This document shows, in pieces, positions 33,317-42,993 of a stretch of 64,000 nt of DNA. The notes beneath the pieces are model-generated. The model was given only the letters and a program-made list of their open reading frames with translations, was not told the DNA's origin and ran no database searches. The stretch is from an uncultured cyanobacterium. Lineage in GTDB: Bacteria; Cyanobacteriota; Cyanobacteriia; Phormidesmidales; Phormidesmidaceae. The translations under genes were made by a program, and so were the position numbers. The stretch is taken from positions 32,001 through 96,000 of the forward strand of contig CAWBZI010000005.1 in the NCBI GenBank assembly GCA_963793265.1. Direction: 5' to 3'. Every line of letters begins with the position of its first letter. Positions within the stretch are counted from its first letter, which is position 1.

Positions 33317-34504
33317 ATGCTCGATTTGACCAAGCTGGCCCGGCAAATGAAAGGTATCAGCGATCACCTCAGCAAAGAGGCAGATGCTGCTCGTCGTCGC
33401 GTTGAGATTGTTGGAGGGCTGATGAATCGGGCGATCGCTCGGCAGGATGTCATGGTCAGTCAGCTAGAGGAGTATCGCGATCACCTCCTATTTGCCGCCG
33501 CCGAACCCATCGAACCACTCGACACTAAAATCGCACTCGACACCGCCCCTGTTGCCCACTCAGTCATCTCCTCCGACGGCTCCCAAATCTCTCCTAGTCA
33601 CCACGAAATCGCCTACTGCTATCTGCTCAACATCAGCCGCATAGTTATTCACTACGGCCAAAGCCGCCACCCCCTCCTCGACAGCCTTCCCGAAGTCATC
33701 TACCGCCCCGAAGACCTCTACGCCTCGCGCAAATGGGGCATTCGCACCGAAGAGTGGATGAGCTACAAGCGCACTGCCGCTGAAGCCATCATGCTCAGCA
33801 ACTTAGGCAAAGAGGCCGCCAGCACGCAAGACTCAGACGTACCGATTTTAGCCATGACCGATGGCCCTTTGATCTATTGGTTTTTAGAGCAGATCCCAGT
33901 CAAAGCGCGCGACGAAATACTGCTGCCTATACTCGAAGCATGGGAGCAAATGCGCCAGGCCCGCGTGCCAGTAATAGGATACATTAGCGCCTCTCGCAGC
34001 GGTGAAGCCCTAAACTTTCTGCGCTTGCAGGCTTGCCCTTTTGATACGCCAAACTGCATGTCAAACTGCGAGCACCAGCGCAACGAAACGCCCTGCAATT
34101 CCTTTGCACCGCTGCGAGATGTCACGCTCTGGGCAACTGCTTTGAACCCTGGGGAGCGGGGGCCGCTATGGAAAAGTCCGGCAGATATTTTGAGCTGCTA
34201 TGGCGAACATACGGTGTACTTTTGCTATGTGCATGTCGGTGCTGAGATCGCGCGGATTGAGCTGCCCGAGTGGGTAGTAGAAGATAGTGAGCTGCTGAAT
34301 ACGGCGCTGAGTTTGATGCTAGCGCAGGTGCAGAAAGGGTTTGGCTATCCGGTGGCGCTAGCAGAAGCGCACAATCAGGCTGTGGTGAGAGGGGGCGATC
34401 GCACTCAATTTTTTGCTCTGTTAGAGCAGCAGATGATCCGTGCTGGACTCAAGAATGTCGGCACTTCATTTAAGGAAGCTCGCAAGCGAGGTAGCATTGC
34501 GTAG
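33317..34504 (+). CDS. NurA-domain nuclease
   Basis: SDGSQI, MTDGPL, GYP..LAEAH..AV NurA motifs. Confidence 0.88.
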   Translation: MLDLTKLARQMKGISDHLSKEADAARRRVEIVGGLMNRAIARQDVMVSQLEEYRDHLLFAAAEPIEPLDTKIALDTAPVAHSVISSDGSQISPSHHEIAYCYLLNISRIVIHYGQSRHPLLDSLPEVIYRPEDLYASRKWGIRTEEWMSYKRTAAEAIMLSNLGKEAASTQDSDVPILAMTDGPLIYWFLEQIPVKARDEILLPILEAWEQMRQARVPVIGYISASRSGEALNFLRLQACPFDTPNCMSNCEHQRNETPCNSFAPLRDVTLWATALNPGERGPLWKSPADILSCYGEHTVYFCYVHVGAEIARIELPEWVVEDSELLNTALSLMLAQVQKGFGYPVALAEAHNQAVVRGGDRTQFFALLEQQMIRAGLKNVGTSFKEARKRGSIA

Positions 34505-34680
34505 CGGCGTAACCGTACAATCAAAATTTATTGATTGTTTTGCATTCGTTTAAAGGTTTCGTAGAGAACCTACGCAATTTTCAGATTCGCGACAATATTT
34601 CAGTAGAAGAAAGAATGGAGTTCAAAAGATCTCTATCTTCTTCGTAGCCGGGATGCCGCTGTGCAAGCCGGATTGTTGCC

Positions 34681-36474
34681 ATGTCAAATCCAAACTTGCT
34701 GCCGAATGATATCAAAGAGATTGGCTTTATCATTGCCTGGCTAGGTGGCATTGTTGCTCTAGTAATTGCGTACCTATCATCCGAGAATAGCAGGTCACCT
34801 GACCGGCTACCTAACCGGCCGTCTAATTACAGAGCGCAAAGCAAAAAGCTTTCAAACGATCCGAAAGAATATCTCATAGATAGCAAAAGCCTGACTCTCG
34901 GACTCTCTATCCTGATTCCGTTTGCGCTTGGGTATGTTTTTTTGTTGATGTACAAGCAGGACTTCATCGGCTTTGATAGCAGCACGCTTACCTTTTATTC
35001 GGTGAGAGGCACCGCCCACCCAATGCCAATTTGGGGACGGCTCGCTCGCTTCTGGCCTTTAGGACACCAGGAGTTCAATATTCTAGGTCATTTTAGCCCT
35101 ATGCCCTTTGCCTATCATCTGTTTTCGGCACTACAGGTTTTAAGCGCGATCGCCTTCACCTTGCTAATTCTCACAAGAGTCGGGTTCATTGCCAGAGCGC
35201 TCATCATCGCCGTCACGATGATTCACCCCAACATTGTTGAAGTCTTTTTTGGGCTTGTCTATCCAGAGCGAAACATGCTCTTTTGGCTCCCTATCTTTGT
35301 ATTCTTCCTGCAAAAGTTCAGCCAAAAAGAATCGCTATGGTCGTACTGCGGCGTTTTAATATCGGCTCAGTTCATCATTTATTACAAAGAGCCTGCCTTC
35401 CTAATCCCAGGTAGCTTCGCGTTGATATACTTTCTCACTCAGATTGCTCACCGAAGAGGGCTTTGGCAACGGCGAGGAACTACAGCTATTAGCAGACGTG
35501 GGTGGCTATACGTTTCAATGGCGCTTTTACCAGTGTTGTATTTGTTGCTTTATGCGATCGCCGTCATCCCAAACATTGAAGCCTCCTATACAGACAACAA
35601 AAACGTCGGCTTCACAGCGCTCTCAACTTTCCTCGCATATGTGCAAGCCGACGCCATTCTGCCAGTTTTCCTACTGTTTTTCACCGCTAGAATGCTCTAC
35701 TGCGTGCTCATCAAAAAACAGATAGACTGGATTTGGGATTCGCTAGCAGCAGGCGCATTTCTATACTTTTGGGCCTACATCGCGCTTAACCTTTTTAAGC
35801 CGTATTATATGGCCCCAGTAGATTTTATTGCCGGACTGTATTTGGGTCAGTTGGCTTTTGAGTATGTCAGACAAAAGCGTTCTTGGGTTGCGATCGCCTC
35901 GCTCGCCTGCTTCTACACCCTCGCTGTCAGCTACAGCACCCACGCCAGCGCCTACCAAATTCTTCAAGAAAAAAAGCTCACCGACAGTCAAACCCAGCTC
36001 ATCGGCTACCTCCAACAATACGTTCAAACCCACGCCGACCAAGAAGAAATCAGGCTATTTCTAGCCAACTCCACTGGCTACAAAGCCATGGAATTCTCCG
36101 TTCTATTAGATTACAAAGGCTTCAAACTCTCACCCAAAAAGTTCTATCAAAACAACGAATTTTCCCAGACCTCAGCCACTTTAGCCATCGACATTCCCGA
36201 ACAGCCAGAAAACAACAGATGCATCAGCTACCGGCCCTACGAATGCCACTATGCAACGTCCACAGCTCCTGACGGTTTAGCTATCTTTCTCACCAGCTAC
36301 GGCGGCTATGTCGATGCTGAAGCGGTCGACAAGTTTGGAGAAAACGCCAACCTCTTGTTTCACTATCAGCCCACCTACTCTCCTGTCGAGAAAGTTCTAT
36401 TGCATCTATCACAGCTACACGACAAACCCGAAGCCTGGATGAACGTGTATGTGTTTCAAGCCCAAAAGATGTAA
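34681..36474 (+). CDS. polytopic membrane protein, probable GT-C fold glycosyltransferase
   Basis: About 11-12 hydrophobic segments; loop motifs RFWPLGHQEFN, YPERN, YKEP; soluble C-terminal domain. Confidence 0.55.
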   Translation: MSNPNLLPNDIKEIGFIIAWLGGIVALVIAYLSSENSRSPDRLPNRPSNYRAQSKKLSNDPKEYLIDSKSLTLGLSILIPFALGYVFLLMYKQDFIGFDSSTLTFYSVRGTAHPMPIWGRLARFWPLGHQEFNILGHFSPMPFAYHLFSALQVLSAIAFTLLILTRVGFIARALIIAVTMIHPNIVEVFFGLVYPERNMLFWLPIFVFFLQKFSQKESLWSYCGVLISAQFIIYYKEPAFLIPGSFALIYFLTQIAHRRGLWQRRGTTAISRRGWLYVSMALLPVLYLLLYAIAVIPNIEASYTDNKNVGFTALSTFLAYVQADAILPVFLLFFTARMLYCVLIKKQIDWIWDSLAAGAFLYFWAYIALNLFKPYYMAPVDFIAGLYLGQLAFEYVRQKRSWVAIASLACFYTLAVSYSTHASAYQILQEKKLTDSQTQLIGYLQQYVQTHADQEEIRLFLANSTGYKAMEFSVLLDYKGFKLSPKKFYQNNEFSQTSATLAIDIPEQPENNRCISYRPYECHYATSTAPDGLAIFLTSYGGYVDAEAVDKFGENANLLFHYQPTYSPVEKVLLHLSQLHDKPEAWMNVYVFQAQKM

Positions 36475-36522
36475 AGCCTACTGAATATGACTCAGATTCA
36501 TAGTTCTTGTACTCACAGAGAA

Positions 36523-36879
36523 CTAATCAATAGAAGCAATTTTTGAGACTTCCTTCTCAGCCGCCACCATCAGCGTTTCGTCTATCCAGGCATTTAAGCT
36601 TTTGCCCTGGTTTTTAGCAACCATAAAGATTTTTCGATGGCGCTCAGGTGTTGTTCTAAAAGCCAACTTTCCAGAAAAAGGTTTGTTTGCTTTTCGCCCC
36701 AGCTCATGACAAAAGTCGAGATAGTCATCTACCGAATCACGAAAAGCCTGCTTTACTTCAGCGACTGTCTCACCTTCAAAAGTAATTACATCACGAATAT
36801 CTAGGACTTCTCCAGCTAAAATATCGGCATCACCATCGATGAGGACTTCGCCAGTGTAGCCCTTGTAAGAAAAGATCAT
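36523..36879 (-). CDS. hicB: HicB family antitoxin with C-terminal ribbon-helix-helix
   Basis: YKGY.G, ITFEG.TV.E...AF..SVDDYL, KPFSGK...R, SLNAWI. Confidence 0.92.
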   Translation of the reverse strand: MIFSYKGYTGEVLIDGDADILAGEVLDIRDVITFEGETVAEVKQAFRDSVDDYLDFCHELGRKANKPFSGKLAFRTTPERHRKIFMVAKNQGKSLNAWIDETLMVAAEKEVSKIASID

Positions 36880-36921
36880 GCGTTAGTTTTTATCTTTAAT
36901 GTGGTTTGATTTGGTTTCATA

Positions 36922-36954
36922 AGTATACCACATTGATATCTTAAAGTGATATCA
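36922..36954 (-). promoter_or_regulatory. hicB promoter: extended -10 (TGgTATACT) plus operator-like palindrome TGATATC-N7-GATATCA
   Basis: Perfect inverted repeat at 36934-36954; minus-strand TATACT at 36922-36927 preceded by TGn. Confidence 0.6.
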
Positions 36955-37052
36955 GATATTGACTCAACTATTTTGACTGTCATAAGCCAACGTATATTGC
37001 TATATTCATTGGCTTTCAGTACACTACGCGCAGTTAGGCACGACATCAATAA

Positions 37053-37074
37053 AGATATCGTTTTGTGATACTAT
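37053..37074 (+). promoter_or_regulatory. hicA promoter: extended -10 (TGaTACTAT) overlapped by operator-like AGATATC-N7-GATACTA
   Basis: Degenerate copy of the 36934 palindrome with the same 7-nt spacer. Confidence 0.55.
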
Positions 37075-37113
37075 AAGAGCCTGAAAATATCAAGATGGCC
37101 CATAAAAAGCTAC

Positions 37114-37371
37114 GTGAACAGAAAAAGCAAGAAGACGCTACAGGCCATTTTTGAGCGCCCAACCCGTTCGGACGTAGTTTGGTCAGATATAGAGAAATTG
37201 TTTCGAGTATTAGGCGCGGATGTCTCAGAGGGTAGAGGGTCAAGAGTGCGCGTTCTTCTAAATGATGAAATTGCGGTGTTTCATCGTCCTCATCCTAAAA
37301 GAGCTGCTAGCAAAGCGTGTCTTGGTAGCGTCAAAAGATTCTTGCAAAATGCTGGAGTTGAGGAGCTGTAA
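37114..37371 (+). CDS. hicA: HicA family toxin
   Basis: L.AIF..P....V.W.DIE.L...LGA...EGRGSRVR, FHRPHP. Confidence 0.9.
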   Translation: MNRKSKKTLQAIFERPTRSDVVWSDIEKLFRVLGADVSEGRGSRVRVLLNDEIAVFHRPHPKRAASKACLGSVKRFLQNAGVEEL

Positions 37372-37381
37372 ATCGATTGCG

Positions 37382-38851
37382 TTATAGTTTGCTTCGCTGG
37401 TTTAGCGCTTGATGAATATGGTTTAGCGTAATGGTCTTTGCATTTTTCGACTGCGCGATCGCCAACGCCTCCTTAGCAATATCCTGAATCTCTCCTCCCG
37501 ACAGCTTCACCTGCTTCGCCACCTCCACCCAGTCGATTTTAGAGCTACAGCTAATGCCTGAAAATGCCTGTCGCCAAAGAATTGTGCGGGCTGCTCTATG
37601 GGGAGACGGGAGCGTTGCGATCGCATCCATCTGCTGCCGCCAATGAGCCTTAACCGTGTGCAAATATCGCGTACTCAGAAGCGTTAATCCTGGCGAAGAC
37701 TGGCGCTGCTGTAGCCACTGAGTAAGCTGAGCTTTGGGCATAGGGCTACTGCGCCCAAACCAAATAGACGCCGAGCGCACTAACAGCACCGGGTAGCGAG
37801 TGGAATCAAGAGAAGCTAGTACCGCTTCCCAATGCTCAGGGTAAACCTGCTTGAGATCTAAAATGCAAAGGGGCTGACGAGTAGAGGTCGCCATCGCACC
37901 GGCTGCGGTTGTTTTACCTGTACCGGCATCACCCACTATCAGCGCGGTGATTCCCTTTTGCGCGGGCGCGATGCTGGCATCATTCGATTGCGGCAGTCCA
38001 GAAAAACGAGTTAGCAGTTCAGTGGAAGCCTGTTGAGCCAAGATCTGAAGCTGCGAGAGTAGGGGCGCTGGCAAAATCAACTTGTCCCAGGCAATTTGAG
38101 GCTGGGTAATTTTGACCGCTCGCGTGGCGGGAGTGGGTTCAGGGAGAGCCAGTACGGGCTCCGATGGTGTCGCGAGCTGCTTAAAAAGCACGTGCTGATC
38201 GGGTACTTCAGAGAGTAGATAGTCAACCCAATCGTCATTGAGCTGTAGGTAGCTGCTGAGCCGAGTGGTCGGGCGAGAGGTGACGTAGCGCAGAATGTGC
38301 TTGTCGATGAGGGAGTCGGGGGCGGTGAGTTTGGCCCGAGCCCGCCTGCGGTCTAGGTCGTTGCGGCAGAGCAGGCGCAAAGCCAAATCGACAGTGGGCA
38401 GGTCTGAAGCACTTTGGCTGTCTTCGCCAGTTTGTAGATAGTGATAAAGCCTGCCATATCGGCGGTTCACCTCTGGCGCTAGCACCATCAGCAGCAGGTT
38501 TTTCTCGAATAGCGTGAGATTTAGGTAGTGACGCAGTGAGGGTAGGGCCAATACCGTTTCGGCTTGAGCGCTCGCCTGAATGCGGTTTTCGAGCTGCTGC
38601 TGGTAGCCGATGGACTTGCACTTGGGCTTAACGGTGACTCGGGCGTCGTCGTAGTTGGGATTGCTCACCGAAATCACGCCTTTCCACCAGTGCGCACTCA
38701 CTTTGTCGGCCTTGGTTGTAGCGACTTTGTTGATGGCCTTAGTTTCTTTACGCTGACGGGCCACCGCTAGCATTAGTAGCCGATCCAACCAGGCCAGCTC
38801 TGTTTTTAAATACGCCCAGTTATCGGCAAACGGCATTGAGTCAGCACCCAT
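37382..38851 (-). CDS. winged-helix + AAA-like ATPase with degenerate Walker B
   Basis: LAPE..RRYGRLY.YLQ...PTVDLAL; W..L.LP; GDAGTGKT; LSGGEI..IA. Confidence 0.8.
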   Translation of the reverse strand: MGADSMPFADNWAYLKTELAWLDRLLMLAVARQRKETKAINKVATTKADKVSAHWWKGVISVSNPNYDDARVTVKPKCKSIGYQQQLENRIQASAQAETVLALPSLRHYLNLTLFEKNLLLMVLAPEVNRRYGRLYHYLQTGEDSQSASDLPTVDLALRLLCRNDLDRRRARAKLTAPDSLIDKHILRYVTSRPTTRLSSYLQLNDDWVDYLLSEVPDQHVLFKQLATPSEPVLALPEPTPATRAVKITQPQIAWDKLILPAPLLSQLQILAQQASTELLTRFSGLPQSNDASIAPAQKGITALIVGDAGTGKTTAAGAMATSTRQPLCILDLKQVYPEHWEAVLASLDSTRYPVLLVRSASIWFGRSSPMPKAQLTQWLQQRQSSPGLTLLSTRYLHTVKAHWRQQMDAIATLPSPHRAARTILWRQAFSGISCSSKIDWVEVAKQVKLSGGEIQDIAKEALAIAQSKNAKTITLNHIHQALNQRSKL

Positions 38852-38856
38852 TTTAT

Positions 38857-39276
38857 TTATGTAACTCCCATCCGCCGGATAAATTCTAAAGGTAGGCCAT
38901 CGGTATCCGCTAAAAAAGCCACTTCGTATAGTTCATCGCCAATTTGCTGCTGCTGTGGCTCTAGCAAAACGCTAACGCTGCCACCCGCCTCTTCAGCATT
39001 TTTACGCAGGTTAGCAAGCCAAATCGGTAAGCTTTCGATGCGATCGCTCAAATCAAAAGATAAGTGATAGTAGCCCGTGTAGTGCTCATCAGCAAACGCA
39101 TCGATAGCAGGCCGAGGCTCAGGCACCTGCATCAGCTCAATTCGCCCCCCCAGACCTTCCATCCAACAGGCCAGCGTAATCCCGGCGGTAAAGCGAGTGG
39201 TTACCGCAAAGCCAAGCTGCTCATAGAAAGCGATCGCCCGGTGAATATCAGCAGTTTTGATTGAGGCGTGGTGCAT
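38857..39276 (-). CDS. VOC/glyoxalase family protein
   Basis: HHASI....I.RAIAFY..LGF, GYYHLSF, F..D.DG..LE. Confidence 0.9.
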   Translation of the reverse strand: MHHASIKTADIHRAIAFYEQLGFAVTTRFTAGITLACWMEGLGGRIELMQVPEPRPAIDAFADEHYTGYYHLSFDLSDRIESLPIWLANLRKNAEEAGGSVSVLLEPQQQQIGDELYEVAFLADTDGLPLEFIRRMGVT

Positions 39277-39463
39277 AGTCCTAGCAAATCAGCAGACACT
39301 ATTGAGGTGCGGCCATAGTAGTTTTAGACAGTGCTGATGGCCACTTGGGTTCTCAGCTACACCTGTCGAAAACAGTAACTTTAATTAAACGTCAATTTTT
39401 GCACGACGACTTAAAAGCATGGAACTTGTAATCTATAACAGCCAGTACCAACGTCAAGACTCA

Positions 39464-39982
39464 CTATTCAAAGATCTTGAGGTATCTATATTGAGTCGGA
39501 ACGCCGGGTTCTTTGTCCAAATCAAAGTTAATCACGGCCCAACGCGGATCATCCGAGGCGCGATCGCTGAACGAAACCGGCAACCCGTAAAGCTTAGGAA
39601 CTTTCTCGCCCCCCTTGTCCTGCCAGGGCGCACCATGCTCTAAGTAGGGAATCATCAGCGTTTCGTAGCGCTCAGCAATAATCACCCGAGTCGCCCGAAA
39701 GCCTTGGGTATAGAGCCGATCTAATTCTTCATGAATTTCAAAACGAATGCCGTCAGGGTGAGTGTGCTGCCGGTACCATATGTCTTCCCACCGCTGCCAG
39801 TGGCGGCCCGACTGCACGTGCACCAGCTCTTGAGTTTCGGGGTTGGCCTCAAAGGCACCGTGCCGCGAGCACAAATAGCTGTCGGTTAGCAACAGCGCGG
39901 GGATCGTTTGGCGGCAGTGAGGGCACTGCACTTCGGGGCCGTATATGGGATATTGAGAGGCAGAGCCAAGCATCCTAACCAT
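39464..39982 (-). CDS. TIGR02652/DUF2396 family cyanobacterial protein
   Basis: CPHCRQTIPAL.LTD.YLC.RHGAFEA, WYRQHTHPDGIRFEIHE. Confidence 0.85.
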   Translation of the reverse strand: MVRMLGSASQYPIYGPEVQCPHCRQTIPALLLTDSYLCSRHGAFEANPETQELVHVQSGRHWQRWEDIWYRQHTHPDGIRFEIHEELDRLYTQGFRATRVIIAERYETLMIPYLEHGAPWQDKGGEKVPKLYGLPVSFSDRASDDPRWAVINFDLDKEPGVPTQYRYLKIFE

Positions 39983-40035
39983 TCGTTTTTGACGTATCTA
40001 TTATATCTTTTGAGCCTCTAAGAGACTGTCTTCCT

Positions 40036-40647
40036 GTGAGTTCATCTTCTAATCATTCGCCTGCTAACCCTATGTCTGATAATCACGCGGCTGACGCTCA
40101 TGGCAATTACCCGAAGCCACTGCTAACTGCACCTAGCCGGTTTTGGCCCGCGCCCGACATCTCGCAGGCGGCCTTTGTCGCGCCCAATGCAACGGTCATT
40201 GGCCGAGTTGAGCTAGGCGAAGGCGCAAGCGTTTGGTATGGCGCAATTGTGCGTGGCGATGTAGATGTAGTTCGCATTGGCCCGCACAGCAATGTGCAAG
40301 ATGGGGCAGTGCTGCATGGCGATCCCAACCTGCCGACGGTGTTGGAAGACTACGTGACGATTGGGCACAAGGCCGTGATTCATAGCGCCCATATTGAAAG
40401 GGGCTGTTTAATTGGCATTGGCGCGATTATTTTGAATGGGGTTCGAGTCGGGGCCGGTAGCATGGTGGGGGCTGGTTCTGTAGTGACTAAGGATGTGCCT
40501 GCGCGATCGCTCGTTGTCGGCGTACCGGGCAAAGTTTTTCGCCCCCGTTCTGCCGCTGAAGCCGAAGATCTTATAGAACATGCTAAAAAATACGAGCAGC
40601 TAGCGCGAGTCCATGCTGGTAACGGCACAGATCTGGGTTTCGCTTAG
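40036..40647 (+). CDS. gamma carbonic anhydrase family (hexapeptide repeat) protein
   Basis: VWYGA..RGD, NVQDG..LH, TIGH.A..H. Confidence 0.92.
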   Translation: MSSSSNHSPANPMSDNHAADAHGNYPKPLLTAPSRFWPAPDISQAAFVAPNATVIGRVELGEGASVWYGAIVRGDVDVVRIGPHSNVQDGAVLHGDPNLPTVLEDYVTIGHKAVIHSAHIERGCLIGIGAIILNGVRVGAGSMVGAGSVVTKDVPARSLVVGVPGKVFRPRSAAEAEDLIEHAKKYEQLARVHAGNGTDLGFA

Positions 40648-40678
40648 CACGCGAGAGACACTCATCAGCTTACTTTTC

Positions 40679-41563
40679 ATGCCAGCCAAATTCTTTCTAC
40701 CAAATACGTCCCTTCAAACCGCGCTCGACCAGATTTTAGAAAACACCTGGGATGCCTTTCCACAGCTCGCCCAAAATCAGATAGCGATTACCTGGATCAC
40801 CTATGAGCCTCCCTACCGAATCAATACAGGCGGTGCTTTAAGTGCTGAAGAATTTTGGCAGTACCAGCCGAAGGGTGCGAGCTATCGAGGCGTTGAGCTA
40901 ACTGAGCCAGCAGGCATAGCGACGTTGTTTTATATGGTGGCGATGCACGTGTGGCTAGAGCAAGGAATGGTACCGCACATGCCAGAAATAGACCGGGCTT
41001 TGGCTGGGATGATAACGCGCAGCAGTGACGATGCGACTAGCTACATTATGGATGTGCTCAGCGGTACGACCAGTGGGCCGGAGCTGCCGTCTGGGCCAAT
41101 GGCGACTTGGGAGCATCAGCGCAATATTGTGAATCGGTATTTTCAGCAGCTTGGCTGGCCGGAGCTGCGATCGCTCAACCTTAATCACAAGACCTGGTGC
41201 GATCGCCCCTACGGCAGAGAAAAAGCCTTCTTAGGCGAAGCGCTAGAAAACCGCAATCTATTGAGCACAGAAGCCACCGCCCGGCTGCTGCACAGCATTA
41301 TCGGCGGCGTCTCGGTTAGCAGCCCTAGATCGCAGCAGATGATGGCGCTGCTAAAAACTGAAGGCACCTCAACTGAAAGGATATGGTCAAAGTCGGCTTT
41401 CTCTGAACGGGTCGGGCATTACGCTGCCTATGTAGAGACAGAAGGTAGTAATCCTTATTTGCTGGTCGTTTTTACTCAAGCAGATAGGGCTCAAAGTGAG
41501 GAGATTGTTGCTTTTGTGAGCGATCGCATCTCAACATTTGCCGCCAAAACGCAAGCGCTATGA
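40679..41563 (+). CDS. class A beta-lactamase-like (serine hydrolase) protein with degenerate catalytic motifs
   Basis: Cyanobacterial family features (D.L.GTTSGPEL, RNIVNRYFQ.LGW, PYGRE, RN.LST.ATARL); PAGIAT in place of SxxK. Confidence 0.75.
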   Translation: MPAKFFLPNTSLQTALDQILENTWDAFPQLAQNQIAITWITYEPPYRINTGGALSAEEFWQYQPKGASYRGVELTEPAGIATLFYMVAMHVWLEQGMVPHMPEIDRALAGMITRSSDDATSYIMDVLSGTTSGPELPSGPMATWEHQRNIVNRYFQQLGWPELRSLNLNHKTWCDRPYGREKAFLGEALENRNLLSTEATARLLHSIIGGVSVSSPRSQQMMALLKTEGTSTERIWSKSAFSERVGHYAAYVETEGSNPYLLVVFTQADRAQSEEIVAFVSDRISTFAAKTQAL

Positions 41564-41605
41564 TAACGGTACGAGCTATCACTTTTTGCAACACGCGAGG
41601 GCTTT

Positions 41606-42205
41606 ATGACGGTTGCCAAAAACAAACCCATGACCCTGGAGGAGTATCTGAGCTACGACGATGGCACTGATACCCGCTACGAGTTGATAGACGGGATACT
41701 GGTAGAGATGAGTGCTGAGAGCGATATCAACATAGTCATTGCAACGTTCTTGATTGTTATGCTCGCGCAAGCAGCACCCTATTACTGCATCAGAAAAGGC
41801 ACAGAGATTGTAGTTGAGGGAAGCCGGGCGAATACACGAATTCCTGATTTGCTTGTGTTGAGTGAAGAAGGCGCAGATAGGCTTGCTGGAAAAAGGCGAT
41901 CGCTCATCACCCTCGACATGCCCGCCCCTCGCTTAGTCGTAGAAGTCGTCTCTAGCAGTGATACCGACAAGCAGTCGAGAGAAAGGGACTACACGAGCAA
42001 GCGCCAAGAATATGCTCAGCGAGATATCTCAGAATATTGGATTGTCGATCCGATTGCGGATGTCATTGTGGTGCTCAATCTCATGGAAGACAGCTACCAA
42101 GCACAAGAATTTACAGGCGATCAGTCGCTAGTTTCAGCCGAGTTTCCTAACTTGCAGCTCAGTGCAGCGCAGGTATTACAAGCAGGCAGCCGTCGCGAAT
42201 CATAA
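41606..42205 (+). CDS. Uma2 family endonuclease
   Basis: TLEEYL, YELIDG.L..M, PDL.V, LVVEVVS, DY..K...Y....I.EYWIVDP. Confidence 0.93.
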   Translation: MTVAKNKPMTLEEYLSYDDGTDTRYELIDGILVEMSAESDINIVIATFLIVMLAQAAPYYCIRKGTEIVVEGSRANTRIPDLLVLSEEGADRLAGKRRSLITLDMPAPRLVVEVVSSSDTDKQSRERDYTSKRQEYAQRDISEYWIVDPIADVIVVLNLMEDSYQAQEFTGDQSLVSAEFPNLQLSAAQVLQAGSRRES

Positions 42206-42262
42206 CAAAAACTAGGGAGAAAGACCTGCCGCCTTTGCCCGTAGAAGTGTTACTATAGCAGT

Positions 42263-42356
42263 GGCTCGGACTCATGCAATCACAACGCCCAAATCTTGTC
42301 AGGACCGGAAGGTAGCAGCAATACGGGATGCTTGTGATAGGCGTGGACTCCGGGCC
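42263..42356 (+). ncRNA. ffs: signal recognition particle RNA (4.5S)
   Basis: Domain IV core TCAGGACCGGAAGGTAGCAGC; terminal stem GGCTCGGA/TCCGGGCC followed by a T-tract; TGnTACTAT -10 at 42248-42256. Confidence 0.95.
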
Positions 42357-42519
42357 TTTTTGTTTTTAAAGCTGGCATCCCCTGTAAATCGCAGCTAACG
42401 CGCAGCGGGTTAAACCTACCTTTCTTAGGCGGTTATCGCGCTGGTCGAGTGAGCTAGTTTCTATCTATCCTATAGGCATCGTTAAGCAGCTTTTTAGAGT
42501 AGTTAGGAGCAAAGAACCG

Positions 42520-42888
42520 ATGGCAGGCTTTGGCAATTTGGTGCAAAAGGCGTTTTATCTGGGTGTAGGCATTGCCTCCTATGCCGGAGAGAAAGCAGGC
42601 AGCGCGCTAGGCGATCTTCGTTCTCAGGCTCAGAAGCTAGTTGATGAGCTAGTAGAGCGCGGTGAGCTGAGTGCTGATGAAGCGCAGAAAATGATGAACG
42701 ATATGTTGGCACGGGCTGAAGCAGCGGCGGTCGTAGAACCCGAATCGACAGGCTCTCAAACCGACAGCGGCCCCCGGCAAATCCAAATTTTAGACGACAG
42801 CGAATCGCTCACTGAAGAAGAGCGTCAGGCTGAAGCACTCCGCAAAGAAGTTGAAAATTTGCGTCAAGAACTGAAAAATCTCAAGTAA
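42520..42888 (+). CDS. phasin-like coiled-coil protein
   Basis: KAFYLGVG.A....EKA...LVDELVERGELS.DEA. Confidence 0.75.
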   Translation: MAGFGNLVQKAFYLGVGIASYAGEKAGSALGDLRSQAQKLVDELVERGELSADEAQKMMNDMLARAEAAAVVEPESTGSQTDSGPRQIQILDDSESLTEEERQAEALRKEVENLRQELKNLK

Positions 42889-42993
42889 GCTATTTTCCGA
42901 ACCTGCTTACGCTGAACTGGCTACATTTGAACCGTAGTCTTTAGGCGATCAAAGCAAATTATTAAAAGCATCGAAATCAAGGGCATTGGAACT

